Source: Treponema sp.
Lineage (GTDB): Bacteria > Spirochaetota > Spirochaetia > Treponematales > Treponemataceae
Direction of reading: 5' to 3'
DNA: 64,000 nucleotides
NCBI GenBank assembly: GCA_045641045.1
Contig: JAZUGE010000057.1
Location: 4,259-68,258, forward strand
Every line of letters starts with the position of its first letter. Positions within the stretch are counted from its first letter, which is position 1. The notes under the pieces are model-generated. The model was not told the DNA's origin. It did not search any database and worked only from the letters and a program-made list of their open reading frames with translations. Below, one piece after another: positions 27,533-35,624 of the stretch. The position numbers and the translations under genes are program-made.

Positions 27533-28966
27533 CTATTTATTTACAGGCTGAGAGCCAAATTCTTTCACCAAGTCTGTGTTCAAAGTATTTTCAAGATCCA
27601 TAAGAGCTGAAATATACTGGAACTTTTGATTTAACTGACCTAATTTTGCCTGGTTAAGTGAAGTTTCTGCATCACGAACATCCAAGAGCTCAGTCATACC
27701 ACTGCGGTAATTGCGTAAAGTTACTTCGTAGGAACGCTGGGCAAGCTTTACGGTTCGTCCCATGGCATCTATCTGCTCACGGGCTTCGTTTAATGTATCA
27801 ACAGCTTTTCGTACTTCAACCTTCTGATTTTCTACAAGAGTCTGTCGTGTAAGCTCCAGCTTTGCAAGATTTGATTTTAAATCTTTTTTATTCTGGGCAT
27901 TTGTACTGAATGGCAGCATATTTGTAAGGTTCCATGCAAGGGTTACACTGAATGAACCTGTGTCATACCATTTATCATCCTTACCAATATCCTTGTAAAA
28001 ATCAAATGCTTCTCCTGTATAAGCAGGGCTCCAGCCATAGTTAAGGGCAATAGCAGGAAACCATGTACTCAAGTCAATTGCTGTTGAGCCAAGCTTTAAT
28101 GTATGAATTGTATTATCCAGAGAGCGTAACTTTAAATCATTGCTGCTGAAACGATCTAAAAGCTGTTCTGTTGACGCGTTGATATATACAGGTTCTATAG
28201 AGCCATCCAGTGTAATTTTTGTTCCCACTGGCATACCTAGTAAAAATGCAAGTGTATCAAGCTGCTGATTTAAAGCACGTTCCGCAGTTTCAACTTCAGG
28301 CTTTGTGTTTTGATAGTTCACCTGTGTCTGTAAAAGGGCAAGTTCTGGAATAGTACCGTTTTTATAACTTGTCTCAGCTTGTACCATACGGTCATATGCA
28401 TTTTTCAAGGTTGTCTTTTTGATGTTTAAGCTTTCCTGCTGAAGCAAAAGTCCATAAAACAGCTTTTTAATATTCATAACTGTTTCTTTCTGGCTTTGCT
28501 CCCATGTAAGCTTACCACCTTCATACTCAACCTTTGCCTTTTGAATCGTAGCAATATAGGCGAGACTTAAATTAAGTGATGCACTTACGCCACCAACAAC
28601 ATTCCAGCGTGCCTCTTCATTTGCAAAATCAGTGGGAACAGAGGCTGTTTTTCCCATAGCAGATGCAAGTGCTGCAGCTATAATATCTCCCGTACCAGGT
28701 GCATATTCATTGCTGCGTGCCATTGTACCTGTTGCACTTATATTTGGTAAAAATACGTTCCAACTGTATGCCGCTGCTCGTTTTTTTATCTCTAAATCTA
28801 TATCATTGCTTTTTAAAGCACGGCTATTTTGCAATGCATACTCCACAGCCTTGTCTACAGTTAATGAAACAGACTGAGGTTCTTTGTCTTCATTCTGTGC
28901 ATAAAGAACACAGGTAAATAACGAAATCGATATCAAAGCTGCATACTGTCTAAAAATCTTTTTCAT
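27533..28966 (-). CDS. TolC-family outer membrane efflux protein
   Basis: Signal peptide; LTVDKAVEYAL, YKNGTIPELALLQ, YRSGMTELLDVRDAE. Start ATG 28966 lies 7 nt after a GGAG SD. Confidence 0.88.
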   Translation of the reverse strand: MKKIFRQYAALISISLFTCVLYAQNEDKEPQSVSLTVDKAVEYALQNSRALKSNDIDLEIKKRAAAYSWNVFLPNISATGTMARSNEYAPGTGDIIAAALASAMGKTASVPTDFANEEARWNVVGGVSASLNLSLAYIATIQKAKVEYEGGKLTWEQSQKETVMNIKKLFYGLLLQQESLNIKKTTLKNAYDRMVQAETSYKNGTIPELALLQTQVNYQNTKPEVETAERALNQQLDTLAFLLGMPVGTKITLDGSIEPVYINASTEQLLDRFSSNDLKLRSLDNTIHTLKLGSTAIDLSTWFPAIALNYGWSPAYTGEAFDFYKDIGKDDKWYDTGSFSVTLAWNLTNMLPFSTNAQNKKDLKSNLAKLELTRQTLVENQKVEVRKAVDTLNEAREQIDAMGRTVKLAQRSYEVTLRNYRSGMTELLDVRDAETSLNQAKLGQLNQKFQYISALMDLENTLNTDLVKEFGSQPVNK

Positions 28967-28977
28967 CTTCATTCTCC

Positions 28978-30243
28978 TTAACAATTATATTTACTAATTC
29001 CGTTGATTATGTACTTAAAAATTTGGCGCAGTATCTTTTTAAGATCTTCGCCGACAACTCCATGATGAGTACACTGGAGCACTAGGGCTGCAGGAACCGA
29101 TGAAATCCACAGCATAAACTGTTTTGAGTTTAAAAGCAGACCCAAATCTGGTTCTTTAAGCAGTTTTGGAAGTTTTTCAGTCCATGGATTTGGTATATCA
29201 AGCTCAGGCATGCTTTCTCTCATGTCAAAGGTCAAAAGCCATCCGCATATAGGCAAAATTGAAGGCTTAATAAGCATATACTCTAAAACCGTTCTTTGAG
29301 ATATATACATATATTCAGTAAGATTTTTTGCCTCAGAACTGTTTTCCACGACAATGACATTTAAAAGTGCGAACTCTTTTAAAATAAGAGTCTTTATCAT
29401 GTGCTGCTTATTATCAAAATACTCATACAAGCTGCTCTTTGCCAAGTTAAGTTCAGTTGCAATACGTTCAATAGTAACACCACCTAGTCCATATTGATTT
29501 ATTACCTTAGCAAGAGCTGTAAAAATACGGTCCTCATTTGGATATTGAGATGCATCTATTGAGCATATTTTATCAAGTTCGTCCAGACGTCTGTCTGTAA
29601 GGTTACTTGGACAAAGCAGGCTGTCCCCAGTTGTGGTTCCTCTTAAACCATGCAAAATAAAAGTTACAAGTTTATCTGAAAAATCTTTTGCGGAGCACTC
29701 TTTGTTTCCTATTGTCAGCATCTTATGTCTAACTTTTAAAAAATAAAACATCGTGATACCACAATACAGAGCCTGGGTAAAATGATTAAAATCAGTTATT
29801 ACAAGTTTGCCATCAGACGACATATTAAAATAGCTGTCTAAGTTTTTTACCCCACGTTTTTGCATCTCTTCACGGATAACCTGATCAAAGTTGCTTTCTC
29901 TGCAAAGGCATCCAACCATATAATTTACGTAAAATGGATTATCTGCAAAAAACTCGATAAGGTTTGTAAACGGAACACGACTTGCCTTACCACTCTTTAT
30001 GTCACTTTGAGCTGCAATCTGTAACAGATAGTCTCCCAACATATCAAAAAAGTGCATACGCATGGCATCAAATACATCATCTTTCGAAGCAAAATGACGG
30101 TAAATTGCGGCTTTACTTATACCAACCTTCTGAGCTAAATCGTTTAATGAAAATATCCCCATACCGCTATCGTCACAAAACGAAAATGCTGCATCTAAGA
30201 GAAGTTCTTTAGTTGATTTGATTCTAATTATTTCTTCTGCCAT
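28978..30243 (-). CDS. TetR/AcrR-family regulator with two tandem TetR units
   Basis: HTH 1 SLNDLAQKVGISKAAIYRHF; HTH 2 TIERIATELNLAKSSLYEYF. Confidence 0.88.
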   Translation of the reverse strand: MAEEIIRIKSTKELLLDAAFSFCDDSGMGIFSLNDLAQKVGISKAAIYRHFASKDDVFDAMRMHFFDMLGDYLLQIAAQSDIKSGKASRVPFTNLIEFFADNPFYVNYMVGCLCRESNFDQVIREEMQKRGVKNLDSYFNMSSDGKLVITDFNHFTQALYCGITMFYFLKVRHKMLTIGNKECSAKDFSDKLVTFILHGLRGTTTGDSLLCPSNLTDRRLDELDKICSIDASQYPNEDRIFTALAKVINQYGLGGVTIERIATELNLAKSSLYEYFDNKQHMIKTLILKEFALLNVIVVENSSEAKNLTEYMYISQRTVLEYMLIKPSILPICGWLLTFDMRESMPELDIPNPWTEKLPKLLKEPDLGLLLNSKQFMLWISSVPAALVLQCTHHGVVGEDLKKILRQIFKYIINGISKYNC

Positions 30244-30247
30244 AAAC

Positions 30248-30301
30248 ATGTTACCGAACAGTCGGTAACATAAAAATACCGAACAATCGGTAACATGTCA
30301 A
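30248..30301 (-). promoter_or_regulatory. Promoter with twin palindromic operator for the TetR-RND operon
   Basis: ATGTTACCGA-ACAG-TCGGTAACAT (30248-30271) and TACCGA-ACAA-TCGGTA (30277-30292). TTGACA(30301-30296)-N17-TATTTT on the minus strand. Confidence 0.85.
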
Positions 30302-30430
30302 CAAAAATCAAAAACAAATAACAGGATTTAATATAATTTAGTATATAAAAATAAATTTATGGAAAAGTTATAAAAAATGGTGCGAACAAACAAGTGTACG
30401 CACCATATCTAGTAAATATCAGTTATTATC

Positions 30431-31063
30431 TTATTTAATTTCTTCTATAATAGATATAAAATCATTGATATTAGGACACCTTAACTCTATCGCTTTTTGA
30501 ATCATTTTATCACTCTCTGAAAAACGTCCGGCCATAGCATAGGCAACAGCAAGATTCGCAGGCACCATATAAAGATTACTGTTACAATTCAATGCTTTTT
30601 CAAGGTTTTCAACTGCAAGCTCTGCATTTTTTTGACCAATGTACAAAGCGCCGATACTAGCATATGCTTCTGCAAGAGTCGGATCCATAGCCACAGCTTT
30701 GTTGTAGTTTAAGAGTGCTTTTGTATCATCACCTAAAGCATGATAATTTACCCCCAAAGTCACATAGCCCCTGTAATCATCTCTGATATTAAGAGATTTT
30801 TCCTGATACTCAATAGCTTTAACAAGTTCTTCTTGAGCCATGTAGACATTTGCAATAAATGTATAAATAACTTCAGGACTGTAGTTTGTATCCTCGCTTA
30901 AAACTTTATCAAAAAGTTCAAGTGCCTTGTTAAAATCTTTGCTACCATATGCAGCCATTGCCTGCTGAACAGTATAGTCTCCAGGCTTTGAACAGCCTGT
31001 TAAGCAAAATAGTCCGCTACAGCAAACTAAAAGAATAATCAAAATAACTATTTGTTTTATCAT
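30431..31063 (-). CDS. TPR-repeat lipoprotein
   Basis: Lipobox LTGC; several TPR-like repeats (AEAYASIGALY...A...LEKAL). Confidence 0.8.
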   Translation of the reverse strand: MIKQIVILIILLVCCSGLFCLTGCSKPGDYTVQQAMAAYGSKDFNKALELFDKVLSEDTNYSPEVIYTFIANVYMAQEELVKAIEYQEKSLNIRDDYRGYVTLGVNYHALGDDTKALLNYNKAVAMDPTLAEAYASIGALYIGQKNAELAVENLEKALNCNSNLYMVPANLAVAYAMAGRFSESDKMIQKAIELRCPNINDFISIIEEIK

Positions 31064-31095
31064 ATAAATACCTGCCTCAAAGCAATATTGATTTC

Positions 31096-31124
31096 TTGTA
31101 AATTTCTGAAACCAAATTTATAAT
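31096..31124 (+). promoter_or_regulatory. Sigma70-type promoter of the MinD-like/pseudoreceptor/cheD operon
   Basis: TTGTAA-N17-TATAAT, 14 nt before the ATG; no SD. Confidence 0.7.
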
Positions 31125-31138
31125 TATCTTAATAAATC

Positions 31139-32158
31139 ATGGTCAACATATTACCTATAGCAAGTGGGAAAGGTGGGGTAGGTAAAAGTTCCATTGCAGT
31201 CAATCTCGCCATAACTCTTGCCAGAAAGCAAAAAAAAGTTATTTTAGCTGACTTTGACCTTGGTGGAGCAAACCTTCACACTCTTTTAGGAATAAAAAAT
31301 AACCACGCCGGCATCGGAAATTTTGTTTATAAACAGACTCACAGTCTGTCGTCTCTTTTACAGCCTACTCAGGTACAAGGATTGTCCTTTATTGCTGGCG
31401 ACTGTCTGTATCCAGGCACTCCTAACATGGACTATTTTACAAAATGCAAGATTGTAAAAGAACTTAATACTCTTGATGCCGACTATATTATACTGGATTT
31501 AGGTGCAGGTACAACCTATAACACTCTTGATTTATTCTTATTAACTAAAAACTCCTTAATAGTGACAACACCTGAACTTACATCGATTCTTAATGCCTAT
31601 TCATTTTTGAAAGCCGCTGTTTTCAGATTTTTTTGCAGGCAGTTTACTTCAAAAAGTGATGAAAGAAAAACTATAGATGAATTCTTAAAGCTTAGCCCAA
31701 ACGGTAGCGAAGCAAGTTTTTCAGAACTAGTTCAATACATGACAAATCTGTTTCCTGAAACTGCCCCACAGGCAATGCAGATACTCAGAGATTTTAGACC
31801 ACAAGTCATTGTGAATATGGGTAAAACTTCAAATGACCTTGAAATGGCCAAACGACTGAGATCATTAGCTCAAAAAAAGTTAGATACTAACATAGATTTT
31901 ATTGGATTTTTGCCAAAGGATGATAAAATTAGTTTATCTGTAGCTAAACGAACTCCGTTATCCCTATGGGAACCTGACTGTGAGTTTGTAAAAGCCATTC
32001 AAACAGCTGCTGTACGTATAATGCAGCACACATACACTTGTGAACATGCAGATATGTTTACAAATAATGATGATAGGGATTTAACAGTTCTTACTGAAGA
32101 GTTTAACAATAATGCAATAGCTGTTCCTGCAGCTGCAGACAAAGGATTGAGTTTATGA
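31139..32158 (+). CDS. MinD/FlhG-like P-loop ATPase
   Basis: Deviant Walker A SGKGGVGKS, ADFDLGGANLH, LDLGAG, VTTPELTS. Confidence 0.88.
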   Translation: MVNILPIASGKGGVGKSSIAVNLAITLARKQKKVILADFDLGGANLHTLLGIKNNHAGIGNFVYKQTHSLSSLLQPTQVQGLSFIAGDCLYPGTPNMDYFTKCKIVKELNTLDADYIILDLGAGTTYNTLDLFLLTKNSLIVTTPELTSILNAYSFLKAAVFRFFCRQFTSKSDERKTIDEFLKLSPNGSEASFSELVQYMTNLFPETAPQAMQILRDFRPQVIVNMGKTSNDLEMAKRLRSLAQKKLDTNIDFIGFLPKDDKISLSVAKRTPLSLWEPDCEFVKAIQTAAVRIMQHTYTCEHADMFTNNDDRDLTVLTEEFNNNAIAVPAAADKGLSL

Positions 32159-33873
32159 ACATACAGGAAACGATAACGCAGATTAAAAAGATTAGCTCTA
32201 AAACTGAAGAGCTCTATTTGAAACTTGGAGAACAATTTCCGACTCTACTCACAAAGACAAGCAGCAAATCTTTGGATAACCTCAAAAACATGCTTGAGCA
32301 GCTCAAAGTATTAAACAATAACTCCAGCAAAAAAGAAGGTGCACTTTTTGACAGCTATGCTGAAAAGTATAACCCTCTATTTGAGCGCCTCAATATGAAA
32401 ATTGAGGATTTGTCTAAGCTTAACAACATGATTGTTGATATTAAGGAAGACAGTGAACAGATGGAGCTTATTGCTCTTAATGCAATGGTTATCTCTATTA
32501 AGTCTGGAGAAAAAGGACAGGCTTTCTCTCGTATCACTGAAAATCTTCAGAGACTTTCTAATGATATGTTTACATATTCAGACAAGCTTATTGAAGAAGA
32601 AAAGCTTCTTATTGACCATATTAATAATCTGAAAAGCATATTTTCTGGTATTATCCAAGCTCAAAAAGCTTTGTCGGACAAAGGTTCAAGCGGTAGCTCA
32701 AGTATTACAAGTTTTATCAACGGACTCGAGGATCCAATTACTGTATTGGAAGCTCACGTTGAGTCTATATATAAACCAATACAAAAGGCAATGGAAGGCC
32801 TACAGCTTCAGGATATGATCAGGCAGGCAATTGAACATGTGGAAGCCTGTCTTGCTGAAATACATGAGGACCACACAAGCATCCCTGTCTGTGAGGAGGC
32901 CCTTGACTGTGTAACTTTTAATATTGAACTGTATCAGCTTGCTTCTGAAGTTTTAGATGATGTTAACAACTATGTAAAACAAAGCCTCGATATATTTAAC
33001 GAAAACTGGATGTCTGTAATTGATCTCCTTGACTCGATTGAAAACGAAAAAATGGATTTTGAGTCACGTTATCTCAATGATTTTAAGCCAACGGAAGAAA
33101 ACATCAAGCTTCAGATGTCAAAAATCATTTCAAGCTTTAAACACATGATAGACGGATTTAGTACATATCATTACGTACAAAAGGATCTTGTTCACGTTTG
33201 CCAGAACATTACAGAAAAAGCAAGAACTATGAATGCTGTATTTGAAAATCTTAGACCAGTAATGAGCCGTCTGCACCATGTTCGTATATTACAGCAGATT
33301 GAAGTTTCAAAAAATGATGCGATAAGCTCAGTTAGAGATTCTGTTACCGATATGGATAACCTTATTAACTCAGCAAACAATGACCTTGATGAGATGGAAG
33401 CACTCCTTGACTCATTTATAAGTGATACAGGCAGTATGATAAAAGAGTTTACAACATCAATTGCAGATGATAATGAAAAAATGGAACACATAAAATCTGA
33501 TAAGGATAAGTTTTTTGAGGAACTTAACATATGTAACAATAACCTGTCGGATATTATCAAAAGCTTTGATGTTTTTCCTGATGGATTTCAGTCTCGCTGC
33601 GTAACAGTTCAGCAGGCTTTGCAGGACTTGAGAGGAGTTGGAGATCAGCTTACAGAACTTAGCCTGCAGATGATTGAAGACAGCAAGTTTTACAAAACAA
33701 AAAAAGATGAGCTGCTTAAAGAGCGTGGTTTAACATCGTGGGAACTGCGAAACAATAAATTTGCTGATTTAATACAAAACTTTACAATCACTGCTCATAA
33801 AGAAGCTGCTGGTAAGATTGGTGGGTTTGAAATTGAAAAAGGTGCTGAAAGTGGAGATATAACCTTCTTTTAA
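32155..33873 (+). CDS. Soluble coiled-coil protein with degenerate chemoreceptor signalling domain(s)
   Basis: EQMELIALNAMVISIKSGEKGQAFSRITENLQRLS aligns to the MCP hairpin tip; no TM segment; ends in GDITFF. Confidence 0.65.
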   Translation: MNIQETITQIKKISSKTEELYLKLGEQFPTLLTKTSSKSLDNLKNMLEQLKVLNNNSSKKEGALFDSYAEKYNPLFERLNMKIEDLSKLNNMIVDIKEDSEQMELIALNAMVISIKSGEKGQAFSRITENLQRLSNDMFTYSDKLIEEEKLLIDHINNLKSIFSGIIQAQKALSDKGSSGSSSITSFINGLEDPITVLEAHVESIYKPIQKAMEGLQLQDMIRQAIEHVEACLAEIHEDHTSIPVCEEALDCVTFNIELYQLASEVLDDVNNYVKQSLDIFNENWMSVIDLLDSIENEKMDFESRYLNDFKPTEENIKLQMSKIISSFKHMIDGFSTYHYVQKDLVHVCQNITEKARTMNAVFENLRPVMSRLHHVRILQQIEVSKNDAISSVRDSVTDMDNLINSANNDLDEMEALLDSFISDTGSMIKEFTTSIADDNEKMEHIKSDKDKFFEELNICNNNLSDIIKSFDVFPDGFQSRCVTVQQALQDLRGVGDQLTELSLQMIEDSKFYKTKKDELLKERGLTSWELRNNKFADLIQNFTITAHKEAAGKIGGFEIEKGAESGDITFF

Positions 33874-34490
33874 TGAACCGCTATTTTGACTTACATTTTA
33901 ACAGTAATATTGTCACAATTTATCCCGGAGAGTTTTACTCAAGTAAGGGAGAAGAGCTTATTTCCACTATTTTAGGCAGTTGTATAAGTATTACTCTATA
34001 TGACCCTAAAAGCAGGATAGGTGGTATGAACCATTTTATGCTTGCCCGTAACAACAAAGTTGGTGTAGAAACAGGAAATACACTTATGGGTAGATTTGGA
34101 GAGTATGCCATGCAGCTTTTAATTGATGACTTAGTCTCAAAAGGTGCAAATCCGAAAAACTTCGAAGCAAAAGTTTTTGGCGGAAGTAACATATTTAATA
34201 TGCCCGAAAAAACAGGAGCTCAAGTTGGAGCAGTGAACATCGACTTTGCATTTGATTATTTGAACAATCACAGTATAAAAATTATCAACTCTGATACAGG
34301 CGGCATCAAGCCACGAAAAATTTTTTTTGATCCTGTCACATCAAAGGTTTTCTTAAAATATGTTGAGTCAAATGTAAAAGACCGTAATGCTCTTTTATCA
34401 AAAGAAGAAACCTACCTGCGCAATATTGTTGAGCTTGAAAAAAAAGCAGAACAGTATTTTCATTTTACAGGCGGCAAGCACAACTCCTAA
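33873..34490 (+). CDS. cheD: Chemoreceptor glutamine deamidase
   Basis: IYPGE, TILGSC (catalytic Cys), GGMNHFML, AKVFGG, DTGG..PRKI.F. Confidence 0.93.
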   Translation: MNRYFDLHFNSNIVTIYPGEFYSSKGEELISTILGSCISITLYDPKSRIGGMNHFMLARNNKVGVETGNTLMGRFGEYAMQLLIDDLVSKGANPKNFEAKVFGGSNIFNMPEKTGAQVGAVNIDFAFDYLNNHSIKIINSDTGGIKPRKIFFDPVTSKVFLKYVESNVKDRNALLSKEETYLRNIVELEKKAEQYFHFTGGKHNS

Positions 34491-34653
34491 ACAGGTTTCT
34501 TATTTGTACCTCGTTTTTTGCTATATCCGTACTTATACAATGCAAAACATATTCTGCTTCGAGTAGTAGTTCTCTCTTTATTTCAAAAAAATGGCTCTAA
34601 TAATGTTAATAACACTATCAGAGCCTCTACCTTAGGATAAAAAAACTATCAAT

Positions 34654-35160
34654 TTATTCTTCTGACTCATCAGGAACCGCAGGTCCATGACGCTCAACAT
34701 CGCCTTCAATAAACTCAAGAATACTTCGTAAATCAAGAACAAGGATAAACTGATCTCCTTTGCGAGACACAGACGTAACAAAGTTTTTCTGTTCTTCAGG
34801 AATACCATAATTTGCACTACCTGCCTGTATCATCTTTAGGCTACTGACAACATCAACACTGTCTGCTATTATGCCAAGTTCAAGAGGTTTTTCACCTTCC
34901 TGAGGTACTTCCATAACAATGACTGATGTTGTACTTAAATCTTCAGACGGCTTAAAACCAAAAAGCACACGAAGATCAATAACAGATACAACAGAACCAC
35001 GAACATTCATTACACCTTTTAAATATGAAAGTGAATTTGGAACAGGAGTAAGTTCGGTAAACTCAAAAACTTCTTTTACATAAGATACTGGAACAGAAAA
35101 AATACCTGTACTGAGATTAAATGTAAAAAACGAATTCTCATCCTTATTGTTGATTTCCAT
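34654..35160 (-). CDS. cheW: Chemotaxis coupling protein CheW
   Basis: VKEV....LTPVPNS..YLKGVMNVRGSVVSVIDLR, GIIADSV. Start moved to ATG 35160, after a GGGAG SD. Confidence 0.93.
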   Translation of the reverse strand: MEINNKDENSFFTFNLSTGIFSVPVSYVKEVFEFTELTPVPNSLSYLKGVMNVRGSVVSVIDLRVLFGFKPSEDLSTTSVIVMEVPQEGEKPLELGIIADSVDVVSSLKMIQAGSANYGIPEEQKNFVTSVSRKGDQFILVLDLRSILEFIEGDVERHGPAVPDESEE

Positions 35161-35309
35161 ATACATTCTCCCCAATTTATCGTTAATGTTATTTTAATAA
35201 ACAAATCCAGCTAGTGGTTATAATTATTTATTATAAATAAATTTAAATAAACATTTAAGTAAAGTTCTAGTTTATAATTTTAACAAGCTAAAAGCGGGAG
35301 AGTTTTATA

Positions 35310-35624
35310 ATGGCTGAAAAAAAAGTAAGTACTGAGACAATTGTTTGGAAAGGTACAGCAGGTATTGAACAGGCTCACATTTTAAAAGATAGTCTTTTGG
35401 CAGCTTTTGAAAAAGCAGATTCAGTACAGCTCGATATTTCGTCTCTTGAGGATATTGATATTACTGGTATCCAGATAATTCTTGCAGCAAAAAAAGAGGC
35501 CACTAAACTAAACAAAAGTTTTTGTCTTACAGGTGTGATTCCACAACCAATTCTGGAGTTTACAGAAGCAAACAGCATTCACTTTGATGCCCTGCTTAAT
35601 AATAGTATTAAGGAGGCCAAATAA
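35310..35624 (+). CDS. STAS-domain protein
   Basis: LDISSLEDIDITGIQII pattern; TAATG overlap with cheA. Confidence 0.85.
   Translation: MAEKKVSTETIVWKGTAGIEQAHILKDSLLAAFEKADSVQLDISSLEDIDITGIQIILAAKKEATKLNKSFCLTGVIPQPILEFTEANSIHFDALLNNSIKEAK

Noticed and set aside
35161-35309. Sigma28 promoter for the che genes
   Set aside because: A CGATAA is present on the minus strand, but there is no TAAA at the required spacing.
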